Below, one piece after another: positions 20,208-29,865 of a DNA stretch of 52,254 nucleotides. A model generated the notes under the pieces. It had not been told where the DNA came from. It did no database searches and was given only the letters and a program-made list of their open reading frames with translations. The position numbers were made by a program, and so were the translations under genes. The DNA lies in the NCBI GenBank assembly GCA_964636105.1, contig CAZWRD010000005.1, forward strand, positions 1-52,254, in the 5' to 3' direction. This DNA comes from an uncultured Bacteroides sp. Lineage in GTDB: Bacteria; Bacteroidota; Bacteroidia; Bacteroidales; JACABE01. The first letter of the stretch is position 1. Every line of letters starts with the position of its first letter.

Positions 20208-21233
20208 ATGAATGAAAATTTAGATGCTAGTGGTCAACAACTTAGCGGTGTAGAAAAGGAATATGAAAAAGCATTACGGCCATCTCTTTTCGATAGTTTT
20301 GCAGGTCAGTTTCAGGTGGTAGAGAACCTAAAAATATTTGTTGAAGCAGCCAAGCAAAGGGGTGAAGCTTTAGATCATGTGCTTTTACATGGACCTCCGG
20401 GTTTGGGGAAAACCACCCTATCTCATATAATAGCCAATGAGTTAAATGTAAATATTAAGATAACTTCAGGTCCAGTTTTAGATAAACCTGGCGAATTGGC
20501 AGGCTTATTAACTAATTTGGAAGAAAATGATGTTTTGTTTATTGACGAAATACATCGTTTGTCGCCAGTAGTTGAAGAATATCTTTATTCTGCTATGGAA
20601 GATTATAAAATTGATATTATGATTGAAAGTGGTCCAAATGCTCGTAGTGTCCAAATTGCATTAAATCCGTTTACATTAATTGGTGCTACAACTCGTTCCG
20701 GTTTGCTTACAGCTCCTTTGCGATCGCGTTTTGGTATCAATTCAAGGTTGCAGTATTATGATGCTACCATTTTGGCTCAAATTATTACTCGTTCGGCTGG
20801 AATTTTACGAGTTGGGATAAGTAAAGAAGCAGCAGGAGAAATTGCACACAGAAGCCGAGGAACGCCTCGTATAGCCAATTTATTGCTGAGACGTGTAAGA
20901 GATTTTGCTCAGATTAAAGGTGATGGAAATATCGATATCAAAATTGTTCAATATGCTTTAAACGCACTTAATGTTGATAAAAATGGTTTGGATGAAATGG
21001 ATAATCGAATTTTAACAACCATTATTGATAAATTTAAGGGTGGTCCAGTTGGGCTAACTACCATTGCTACAGCTGTTGGTGAAGATTCTGGCACCATTGA
21101 AGAAGTTTATGAACCATTTCTTATACAGGAAGGTTATATGATGCGAACACCTAGAGGAAGAGAAGTTACCGACATGGCATATAAGCATTTGGGTAAAAAT
21201 AAATTAGGAAAGCAAAATGATTTGTTTGATTAA
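20208..21233 (+). CDS. ruvB: Holliday junction branch migration helicase RuvB
   Basis: [42 protein letters not shown]. Confidence 0.98.
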   Translation: MNENLDASGQQLSGVEKEYEKALRPSLFDSFAGQFQVVENLKIFVEAAKQRGEALDHVLLHGPPGLGKTTLSHIIANELNVNIKITSGPVLDKPGELAGLLTNLEENDVLFIDEIHRLSPVVEEYLYSAMEDYKIDIMIESGPNARSVQIALNPFTLIGATTRSGLLTAPLRSRFGINSRLQYYDATILAQIITRSAGILRVGISKEAAGEIAHRSRGTPRIANLLLRRVRDFAQIKGDGNIDIKIVQYALNALNVDKNGLDEMDNRILTTIIDKFKGGPVGLTTIATAVGEDSGTIEEVYEPFLIQEGYMMRTPRGREVTDMAYKHLGKNKLGKQNDLFD

Positions 21234-21245
21234 TCAAAATTTCTA

Positions 21246-22175
21246 ATGAATATTGAAGAATTATCAAGCGCAATTAAAAAAAAGGCAAAAGAAGTCGGGT
21301 TTTCTTTTTGTGGCATTTCAAAAGTTGAAATGCTGCAAATTGAAGCAAATTCGCTAAAAGTTTGGTTAAATAATAATTATCATGCAGAAATGCATTATAT
21401 GGAGAATTATTTTGAAAAACGAACTAACCCTGCTTTATTGTTTGAAAATGCCAAATCAGTTATAAGTGTTTTGATGAATTATTATCCTGAAAATAAAATA
21501 GATAAAAATAAATTTCAATTGGCAAAGTATGCTTATGGTAATGATTACCATTACATTATTAAATCAAAATTGAATGAAGTTATTGATTTTATTAAATCTG
21601 TTGAAAAAGAAGTAAATGCTCGTAGTTTCTGCGATTCGGCTCCTATTATGGATAAAGTTTGGGCTCAAAAAAGCGGTTTGGGTTGGATAGGGAAAAATAC
21701 TTGCTTAATTGTTCCAAAAGCTGGTTCATTCTTTTTAATTGGTGAAATTTTGCTAGATATAGATTTAGTTTATGATCAACCTGCCAAAAACAAATGCGGT
21801 AGCTGTACTCGCTGTGTAGATGCTTGTCCAACTAATGCATTAACACAACCTTACCTTCTTGATGCTCGTAAATGTCTTTCATATCTAACTATTGAGCATA
21901 AGTCAGAATTTGACGAAAATGTAAATTTACACAATCAGATATTTGGATGTGATATTTGTCAGGATGTTTGCCCATGGAATATAAAATTTGCAAAGCAACA
22001 TTCGGTAAATGAATTAGATATAAAAAAAGAAATTTTAAATTTCACAATTAAAGATTGGCAACAGCTTGAAAAAAAAGATTTTAAAGCAATTTTTAAGAAT
22101 ACTTCTTTAGAAAGAACAGCTTATGAGCGTTTTAAAAGAAATATATTAGCTGCTTCAGATAAAAAGGATAATTAA
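21246..22175 (+). CDS. queG: tRNA epoxyqueuosine(34) reductase
   Basis: YAYGNDYH, SGLGWIGKN, CGSCTRCVDACPT, CLSYLTIE, GCDICQDVCPWN. Confidence 0.95.
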   Translation: MNIEELSSAIKKKAKEVGFSFCGISKVEMLQIEANSLKVWLNNNYHAEMHYMENYFEKRTNPALLFENAKSVISVLMNYYPENKIDKNKFQLAKYAYGNDYHYIIKSKLNEVIDFIKSVEKEVNARSFCDSAPIMDKVWAQKSGLGWIGKNTCLIVPKAGSFFLIGEILLDIDLVYDQPAKNKCGSCTRCVDACPTNALTQPYLLDARKCLSYLTIEHKSEFDENVNLHNQIFGCDICQDVCPWNIKFAKQHSVNELDIKKEILNFTIKDWQQLEKKDFKAIFKNTSLERTAYERFKRNILAASDKKDN

Positions 22176-22204
22176 AATAAATAAATTCTTGCTATAATCT
22201 TTAG

Positions 22205-23374
22205 CTATCTTAGATTTTTGAATCCATTTTCAATTTCAAAAGAAATTTTTTGATAAACTTCATCAAAACTTCCCATTCCATTTATTTTGCTAACTCCATG
22301 TAACTGATTGTATTTCTGTATAACAGGAACCGTTTTGGTTTCATGCTCTTGCAAACGTTGTACAATTTTGGCTGTGCTGGTATCATAAGGCATACATTTA
22401 TCTGTTTTACTTCTTTCATCAAGTCGTTTAATCAATTCTAATGTAGGAACTTCAATTTCAATAATTTTAGAAATACTTGAACCATGTTTTTTTAGTAAGC
22501 CATCTAAAATATAAGATTGCACCAAAGTTCTAGGAAAGCCTTTGAAGATGAATCCTTTAAGTCCTTTGGTGTTTAAAAGTTTTTTTTCAATTAATTGAAC
22601 TACAATTTCATCAGGGACTAATTGTCCATTTTCATACAATTCTTTAATGCGGTTACCAATTTCGGAATTATTTATAATTTCCTGTTCGAGCATTTCTCCA
22701 GTGGCCATGTATTCAAGTCCATATGCTTTTGCAATGGCTTTTCCTTGTGATCCTCTTCCCGAACCTGGATATCCAAAAATTACTATATTTAAAAGCTTCT
22801 TACTTAATTCATTGTTTATTATTTCTGTTATATTAAAATTTACTTCATCAATACTTTGCTGACCGTTTATTTCATTATAAATCCCTTTATCTTTATAATA
22901 TTGCAATACAGGCAATGTTTTATTGTTGTATTCTTTCAATCTGTTTCGGATTACCACTTCATTGTCATCAGTTCGACCTGATGTTATTCCTCTGTTCAAT
23001 AGTCTTTTAACGGAAATTTCTTCATTAACATTGATGCTGAAAAGGCAGTTTAGTGAAGTGTTTAATTTTAACATTAATCCTTCCAGAATATATGCTTGAA
23101 TATAAGTGCGTGGGAAACCGTCAAAAAGAAATCCATTTGAATCAGGATTATCGGTTATTGTTTTTTCGATAATTTGTACAATAATTTCATCGGAAACCAA
23201 ACCACCAGAGGCAATAATTCCTTGAGCTTCAATTCCTAAATTTGTTTTATTTGCAATTTCTATTCTAAGTAAGTCGCCTGTTGATATATAAAATAAGTTA
23301 TATTTCTTAATTAAAAACTCTGATTGTGTGCCTTTTCCTGCTCCAGGTGGTCCAAATAATGCAATATTAAGCAT
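22205..23374 (-). CDS. adk: Adenylate kinase with a second, degenerate Adk domain
   Basis: Domain 1: GPPGAGKGT, STGDLLR, DGFPRT, GRTDD. Domain 2: GYPGSGRGS, ATGEMLE, KGFPRT. Confidence 0.9.
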   Translation of the reverse strand: MLNIALFGPPGAGKGTQSEFLIKKYNLFYISTGDLLRIEIANKTNLGIEAQGIIASGGLVSDEIIVQIIEKTITDNPDSNGFLFDGFPRTYIQAYILEGLMLKLNTSLNCLFSINVNEEISVKRLLNRGITSGRTDDNEVVIRNRLKEYNNKTLPVLQYYKDKGIYNEINGQQSIDEVNFNITEIINNELSKKLLNIVIFGYPGSGRGSQGKAIAKAYGLEYMATGEMLEQEIINNSEIGNRIKELYENGQLVPDEIVVQLIEKKLLNTKGLKGFIFKGFPRTLVQSYILDGLLKKHGSSISKIIEIEVPTLELIKRLDERSKTDKCMPYDTSTAKIVQRLQEHETKTVPVIQKYNQLHGVSKINGMGSFDEVYQKISFEIENGFKNLR

Positions 23375-23567
23375 AATATTAATTTTTTAATACAAAAATA
23401 CGAATATTTTATCCAATTAAAATATTTAATTGTTTTTGTTAAGTGATGCATTGTCAGTGTATAATAAAATTTTAACAATGATTTTGCATTTTTTATACAG
23501 ATTGAAACTTAATAATTTAAAAAAAATTCATAGGTTTGTAGTTCGAAATCTAACAAATATTTCAAAT

Positions 23568-25313
23568 ATGAAAAAAATCAGATTAATTGCAATTATTGGT
23601 GTAGTAGCTTATTTATCAGGCATTTTTTATTATGCACAAGCTTGTACCAATTTTTTAATTACAAAAGGAGCATCAAAAGATGGCTCAACAATGATTACTT
23701 ATGCTGCAGATTCTCATACATTGTACGGAGAACTTTATTACAGACCAGCAGCTGATTATGCAGCAGGAACCATGATGGATATTTCAGAATGGGATACTGG
23801 CAAACCTCTTGGGAAAATTAAGCAGGTTTTGCATACTTTTTCTGTTGTTGGCAATATGAATGAATACCAGGTAGCTATAGGTGAAACTACTTACACTGGT
23901 CGTGAAGAATTGCAGGATACTACAGGTATAATGGACTATGGTAGTTTAATGTATGTAGCACTTCAACGTGCAAAAACTGCTCGCGAGGCTATTAAAGTTA
24001 TGGCTGAACTGGTTGCTGAATATGGATATTACAGCACAGGTGAATCTATGTCTATTTCAGATCCTAATGAAGTTTGGATTTTTGAAATTATTGGAAAAGG
24101 CTCACCAATATATGTTAATGGTAAGATTGATCCAAAACAATATAGCAAAGGCGCTGTTTGGGTAGCTCGTCGTATTCCTGATGGTTATATTTCAGGACAT
24201 GCTAACCATGCAAGAATCACTACTTTCCCATTGGAAAATGGAAAAACTTCAATTTCGAGCAAAAATTTAGCTAAAATATTTTTACCTGGTGTAGAAACAG
24301 TTTATGCTTACGATGTAATCTCTTTAGCTCGTCAGAAAAAATATTTCAATGGAAAAGATGCTGATTTCAGTTTTTCAGATATTTATGCTCCTTTAGATTT
24401 TGGTGGCGCTCGTTTTAGCGAGGCCAGAGTTTGGGCTGGGTTCAATAAAGTTTGTAAAGAAATGGCAAATTATATTGATTATGCAAAAGGTGAAAATTTA
24501 AAAAATCGTATGCCATTGTGGGTAAAACCAGATCAAAAACTTTCTTTACAAGATGTAATTGGCATGATGAGAGATCATTACGAAGGAACTCCATTAGATA
24601 TGACAAAAGATTTAGGTGCTGGTCCTTACGAAAATCCATACAGATGGAGACCTATGACTTGGAAAGTTGATGGAAATTCTTACTTACACGAAAGAGCAAT
24701 TTCTACACAACAAACTGGTTTTTCTTTTGTAGCTCAATCAAGAAGTTGGTTACCTAATCAAATTGGTGGTATTTTGTGGTTTGGTGTTGATGATGCTTAT
24801 ACTACTGTTTATGTACCAATGTATTGTGGTATTAATAAAATACCTCATCCATTTGAAGTTGGTAACGGAAATATGTTGAAATATTCTCATACGGCAGCTT
24901 TTTGGGTTTTCAATCAGGTTTCTAATTATTGTTATACACGTTACAATGTAATGATAAAAGATGTTCAGAAAGTACAATCAGAACTTGAAAAAAGATTTGT
25001 TGATGGTGTAGCTGTTGTTGACAAAAAAGCTGAAGAGTTATACAAAACAGATCAAACCAAAGCAATTGCAATGTTAACTGATTTCTCTTTAAATCAAGCT
25101 AATGTTACCCAACGCAAATGGAGAGAATTATATGAATACTTGATTGTTAAGTATGTTGATGGTAATATAAAGAAAGAAAAAGACGGCAAGTTTATCAATA
25201 ATGGTTATACGCAGCCTGCTTTCCCTATGCAACCTGGTTTGCCAGATTGGTATATGAGAAAAATTGTTGAATCAGCTGGTGAAAAAATAAAGTACAAAGG
25301 TGCAACACACTAA
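23568..25313 (+). CDS. C69-family dipeptidase (Ntn hydrolase)
   Basis: Signal peptide ending AQA then nucleophile CTNF; NMNEYQVAIGETT; -7 box TAGGTTTG at 23531-23538 supports the start at 23568. Confidence 0.9.
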   Translation: MKKIRLIAIIGVVAYLSGIFYYAQACTNFLITKGASKDGSTMITYAADSHTLYGELYYRPAADYAAGTMMDISEWDTGKPLGKIKQVLHTFSVVGNMNEYQVAIGETTYTGREELQDTTGIMDYGSLMYVALQRAKTAREAIKVMAELVAEYGYYSTGESMSISDPNEVWIFEIIGKGSPIYVNGKIDPKQYSKGAVWVARRIPDGYISGHANHARITTFPLENGKTSISSKNLAKIFLPGVETVYAYDVISLARQKKYFNGKDADFSFSDIYAPLDFGGARFSEARVWAGFNKVCKEMANYIDYAKGENLKNRMPLWVKPDQKLSLQDVIGMMRDHYEGTPLDMTKDLGAGPYENPYRWRPMTWKVDGNSYLHERAISTQQTGFSFVAQSRSWLPNQIGGILWFGVDDAYTTVYVPMYCGINKIPHPFEVGNGNMLKYSHTAAFWVFNQVSNYCYTRYNVMIKDVQKVQSELEKRFVDGVAVVDKKAEELYKTDQTKAIAMLTDFSLNQANVTQRKWRELYEYLIVKYVDGNIKKEKDGKFINNGYTQPAFPMQPGLPDWYMRKIVESAGEKIKYKGATH

Positions 25314-25333
25314 TTCTATTTGAGTATAAAAAT

Positions 25334-25370
25334 AAAAAAGCCTTTTCTATTTATCTGAAAAGGCTTTTTT
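25334..25370. terminator. Bidirectional terminator
   Basis: AAAAAAGCCTTTTC...GAAAAGGCTTTTT between convergent genes. Confidence 0.85.
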
Positions 25371-25381
25371 GTTTTTTGTGT

Positions 25382-26509
25382 TTACACATAGAACAAATCT
25401 GCAGCAATGCCATCCGCTAGAAATTTGCCTTTTTTTGTAAGTGTTAATATGTTTTTACTTTGTGTTATAAATTGATTATTAATATATTCTTTCGAATTGT
25501 TGGCCAAATACGAATAATATTTTTCACCAAACTCATTGTAAATATAATCTAAATTTACGCCCCAAATACATCTAAGCCCCGTCATAACGTATTCGTTGTA
25601 ACGTTGTTTAATACTTAATTCTTCTTTTTCAAAAGGAATTTTTCCTTTTTGAATACTTTGTATATATTGTTGAAGATTAGCTATATTCCACTGTCGCGAA
25701 TTTAAATTGAATGAATGTGCAGATGGTCCCAAACCCAAATATTTTTGCTGTTTCCAATAATTGCTGTTGTGCTTCGAATAAAATCCTTGCTTGCAAAAAT
25801 TGGAAATCTCGTAATGTACAAAGGAATTTTTGTCCATTTGTTCCGTTAAAATATTAAAATGTCTTAGAGATGCTTCTTCATTAGGGGCTTTTATTTTGCC
25901 TTTTTTAATAAATAAATCAAAAGCTGTATTTGATTCAACTGTAAGGCTATATGCTGAAATATGCTGTGCTCCCGATGCAATGGCTTTCTCAATATTCTGT
26001 TTCCATTTTTCGTCGTTTAAATCTGGAATTCCATATATTAGGTCGATAGAAATATTGTTTAATCCCAATTTGTGGGCATTATAAATTGCTTCAGATGCTT
26101 GCTGTGCTGAATGCGAACGATTGAGGAATTTTAAATCCTCATCATCAAAAGATTGAATTCCAATGCTTAGTCTGTTGATTGAAGTTTCAGAAATTTGTCG
26201 GAGTTTTTCGTAATTCAAGTCATCAGGATTGGCTTCCAATGTTATTTCTGCATCTTTTTCTATTTGAAAGCTTTCATTTAATTTGTCTAAAACGCTTTGT
26301 AAATCTTCAATTGACAATAAAGAGGGTGTACCTCCTCCAAAATAGATGGTCGAAATGCTTTCGTTTTGCAGATAATCTTTTTGTAATTCAATTTCATGGC
26401 ACAAGGCATCGATAAATGCTCCCATGTTTTTTTGCGATGCCAGCGAAAAGAAATTGCAATAATGACATTTTTTTGCACAAAATGGAATGTGAATATAAAT
26501 ACCTGCCAT
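25382..26509 (-). CDS. hemW: Radical SAM heme chaperone HemW (HemN-like)
   Basis: YIHIPFCAKKCHYCNF, YFGGGTPS, EANP, YEISNF, HNSNYW (HNxxYW HemW signature), GLGPSAHS. Confidence 0.92.
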   Translation of the reverse strand: MAGIYIHIPFCAKKCHYCNFFSLASQKNMGAFIDALCHEIELQKDYLQNESISTIYFGGGTPSLLSIEDLQSVLDKLNESFQIEKDAEITLEANPDDLNYEKLRQISETSINRLSIGIQSFDDEDLKFLNRSHSAQQASEAIYNAHKLGLNNISIDLIYGIPDLNDEKWKQNIEKAIASGAQHISAYSLTVESNTAFDLFIKKGKIKAPNEEASLRHFNILTEQMDKNSFVHYEISNFCKQGFYSKHNSNYWKQQKYLGLGPSAHSFNLNSRQWNIANLQQYIQSIQKGKIPFEKEELSIKQRYNEYVMTGLRCIWGVNLDYIYNEFGEKYYSYLANNSKEYINNQFITQSKNILTLTKKGKFLADGIAADLFYV

Positions 26510-28017
26510 TAGGCTTTGTTTTTTAACATGATACGAAATGTAGTGCCTTTGTTGAGTTGCGAATTTTTTACAAATATTTTGCCTGAATGATATTCTTTAA
26601 TTATTCTTTTTGATAATGACAAACCAAGCCCCCAACCTCTTTTCTTAGAAGTATAACCTGGATGAAAAACAGTTTTAAACTTTTGCTTTGGAATTCCTTT
26701 TCCGGTATCGCTGATGTCGATGTATACAAATTTGTCATCTTCAAATAAATCCAGCCTTATTTCACCTTCGCCACCCATGGCATCTATAGCATTTTTGCAT
26801 AAATTTTCGATAACCCAGTCGAAAAGATGTGTGTTTAATGGGATGATAATTTCTTTATCTTCAGGTAGATTGATGATGTATTTAACTTTTTTGGGCGAAC
26901 GGGTAATAAGATATGAAATTCCTTTGCGAGTAACCTCAATTATATTCTCTTTTACCAATTCGGGTTCTGAACCAATTTTTGAAAAACGCATGGTAATGGT
27001 TTCCAGACGGTGAATATCCTTTTCTATTTCATCAGTCATCGATTTGTCTATATTGTTGAGCTTAAGCATCTCCAGCCATGCAATTAGTGAAGATAAAGGT
27101 GTTCCGAGCTGGTGTGCTGTTTCTTTCGACATGCCTAGCCAAACCTGATTTTGCTCCGATTTGCGAGAAGTGCTAAACAAAAAGTAGGAGATAAACAAAA
27201 ATAATCCGATAATAATTAGTTGAATTAGAGGGTAGTATTTTAATTGAGTAAGCAAATATGAATTTTCGTAATAAATTAATTTTTTACCAGTTCCCACAAG
27301 ATTTATTTCGATAGGTGTATTCTCAAAAGCCATGTTTTGGAGGGCATGTTTTAAAGTTAGAGAGTCTTTTAAAATGCTTTGATCGATATTGCCTGATGCA
27401 ATTAAATTTTGATTAAGGCTATCGATAACAACCACTGGAACAGAAAGCGAATTGTCGAGTACTTCGGAGAAAAATGATTTGATAAGATCATTTAAAACAG
27501 AACGTAATCCTGTATATAGCTTTGATTCTTTGTAAAATAAAAAAAATACAACATTATATTCGCTATATCTAATGGGTTCGAAGCGAGTATATTCTTCCAA
27601 AAGTTTTCCTTCTAATATTTTTACAGTATCTGAATTGAATTCTGTATTTCTGGTTTGTTGAATAATATAATCTTTATCAGTAACAATTACCGGAATATTG
27701 GTATTTTCCGAAATTATTTTAAAGTATAATGTCATATCTTCATTGGGCTCAGGGTTTAACAATTTTTTATATGCTTCTGCCCATAATTCCATTTTTTTTC
27801 GTTCTTCCTTTTGAATTTTTTGAAAGAATCCATCGGTATAATTAACCAAATTGGCTTTTCGCTGAATAGCTTCTGCCCACATCTTTACCTTATTACGCTC
27901 GTCAGTAGCTATTTTTTTCACCAATGTATTGGTGTACCATAACGAAATACCTACAATAATTAAAGCGGATATAAATAATATCCATTTCCAGCGCCGTTTT
28001 TTGCTATATATGTCCAA
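26509..28017 (-). CDS. Two-TM sensor histidine kinase (orphan)
   Basis: ETAHQLGTPLSSL H-box, ENLCKNAIDA, DTGKGI, GWGLGLSL; TAATG overlap with hemW. Confidence 0.92.
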   Translation of the reverse strand: MDIYSKKRRWKWILFISALIIVGISLWYTNTLVKKIATDERNKVKMWAEAIQRKANLVNYTDGFFQKIQKEERKKMELWAEAYKKLLNPEPNEDMTLYFKIISENTNIPVIVTDKDYIIQQTRNTEFNSDTVKILEGKLLEEYTRFEPIRYSEYNVVFFLFYKESKLYTGLRSVLNDLIKSFFSEVLDNSLSVPVVVIDSLNQNLIASGNIDQSILKDSLTLKHALQNMAFENTPIEINLVGTGKKLIYYENSYLLTQLKYYPLIQLIIIGLFLFISYFLFSTSRKSEQNQVWLGMSKETAHQLGTPLSSLIAWLEMLKLNNIDKSMTDEIEKDIHRLETITMRFSKIGSEPELVKENIIEVTRKGISYLITRSPKKVKYIINLPEDKEIIIPLNTHLFDWVIENLCKNAIDAMGGEGEIRLDLFEDDKFVYIDISDTGKGIPKQKFKTVFHPGYTSKKRGWGLGLSLSKRIIKEYHSGKIFVKNSQLNKGTTFRIMLKNKA

Positions 28018-28354
28018 TGTTGATATTTTAATTTTCGATAAAATTAATAATTTATTTGTTTATAACGATAAATTGATAAAAAATTGTTTTGATAAATTGT
28101 TTATAGAGAATATCTCCTTTTTTAAGAGGCTATTTAAAAATTGGGAAAAAAAATTACCAATTCTGTGCTTCTCTATGTATTCTCTGTATAACAATATATT
28201 ACAAATCATATAGAGGTTTAAGAGGAGGCTCTAAGTTAGCTTTTCAGACAGTATCCTAAAGTGATTTTTTGATATTTCAATCTTTGTTGAAATTACTAAG
28301 CTTCAAATCAGCAATATATTATATTAGGTTAAGCGTTTAAAGTAAAAAATATAT

Positions 28355-28388
28355 AAAAAAACCGGAAACAAATTCTTGCTTCCGGCCA
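28355..28388 (-). terminator. Terminator of the nuo operon
   Basis: Minus strand GCCGGAAGCAA-GAAT-TTGTTTCCGGT followed by a T tract, just after the nuoN stop. Confidence 0.7.
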
Positions 28389-28410
28389 ATTCAAATATAT
28401 TCATTAAAAA

Positions 28411-29832
28411 TTAAATTCCAAAACTAATTGAAGTAATATATTGATAAATACCACTGTAGAAACCTACTGCAAAAATACCAATTACACAAATCAATATTGC
28501 TACTTTAGCAGGCCAATCGGTTTTAATATAGGCTATAGGTGTTTCATTTTTGTTGATAAACATTGCTTTTACAACCAATAAATAATAGTACAACGAAATG
28601 GTAGCATTTAATACAGCTATAAAAACCAACCAATAATAACCCGATTCGGCAGCAGCGGTAAATAAGAAAAATTTACCAAAAAAACCTGCAACTGGCGGAA
28701 TACCTGCCAACGAAAACAAAGCCAGCATCATTACCAAACTTAATTTCGGATTGGTAAAATACAAGCCATTGTAATCGTCCATATTTTCTTTGCGGCTTTT
28801 GTAATAAATAACCGATACTACACCGAAAGCTCCCAAATTAGAGAAAATATAAACGAAAATAAAGTAGATAACCGAAGTCATACCGATATTACTTGCCCCA
28901 ATAATACCCAACAAAATAAAACCTGCTTGGGCTATCGAAGAGAAGGCAAGAAAGCGTTTCATATTCTGCTGACGCATAGCAAATAAATTACCAATTGTCA
29001 TAGTTAATACAGCAATAATATACATTAAAGGTTTCCAAATAACAGCAATGGAGTTAAAAACTGTAAACAATACTGTAATCAGAATAAATGCAGAAGCCCC
29101 TTTTGATATTACAGACAAATAAGAAGTTACATTAATAGGCGAACCTTCGTAAACATCGGCTGTCCATAAATGAAATGGAACCAACGAAATTTTGAATGCC
29201 ATGCCCGAAAAGAATAATATAAAAGCTAAAGTCTGCAATGGAGCAGTGGTATATTTCAATGCAACAACATCAAAATAAGTAGAACCGGTAGTTCCGTATA
29301 TAAACGAAATACCCAGTAATAAAACTGCCGATGACATAGCTGCCGACAAAATAAGTTTCACACCAGCTTCAGCAGAATTAGATCTGTAACGATCATAAGC
29401 AGCCAAAGCAGCCATTGGAATAGTAGCAAGTTCTAATCCCAGATATAACATTAGGAAACTACCCGAAGAAATCATAAATTGCATACCCAATAAGGTAGAA
29501 AAAATCAAAATATAAAACTCACTGATTTTTATCTTGTTTTCAGCTTCTTTCAGCCATGCAACAGATTGCAATAAAACCACAAAAACACCCAGATTAAGAA
29601 TATTTTTCATAGTCCATTGCAAATCGGTATTGATATACATTTTCCCGAAAAGAATTCCTGCCATATTTGGTAAAAACCCAATTACCATATTTATTCCAAA
29701 AAGAACAGTTGCAATCGAAATAACTTTTCTTTTATTATCATCATTTACTGAAAGTTCTGCAACCAAAACAATTAAAGTTATAATTGTCAGAACCAATTCA
29801 TGTCTCATTAATAAAAAACTTTCTAAATTCAT
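28411..29832 (-). CDS. nuoN: NADH-quinone oxidoreductase subunit N
   Basis: SAEAGVK, FKISLVPFHLWTADVYEGSP, KRFLAFSSIAQAG, SLAGIPP.AGF.GK. Confidence 0.95.
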   Translation of the reverse strand: MNLESFLLMRHELVLTIITLIVLVAELSVNDDNKRKVISIATVLFGINMVIGFLPNMAGILFGKMYINTDLQWTMKNILNLGVFVVLLQSVAWLKEAENKIKISEFYILIFSTLLGMQFMISSGSFLMLYLGLELATIPMAALAAYDRYRSNSAEAGVKLILSAAMSSAVLLLGISFIYGTTGSTYFDVVALKYTTAPLQTLAFILFFSGMAFKISLVPFHLWTADVYEGSPINVTSYLSVISKGASAFILITVLFTVFNSIAVIWKPLMYIIAVLTMTIGNLFAMRQQNMKRFLAFSSIAQAGFILLGIIGASNIGMTSVIYFIFVYIFSNLGAFGVVSVIYYKSRKENMDDYNGLYFTNPKLSLVMMLALFSLAGIPPVAGFFGKFFLFTAAAESGYYWLVFIAVLNATISLYYYLLVVKAMFINKNETPIAYIKTDWPAKVAILICVIGIFAVGFYSGIYQYITSISFGI

Positions 29833-29865
29833 GTTTGATAGTATTTTAATGAACTTTTATACAAA

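Noticed and set aside
20208-21233. ruvB without adjacent ruvA/ruvC
   Set aside because: Dispersed ruv genes are normal in Bacteroidota.
23430-23567. 46-aa N-terminal extension of the C69 peptidase
   Set aside because: It contains the -7 promoter box, and the signal peptide begins at ATG 23568.
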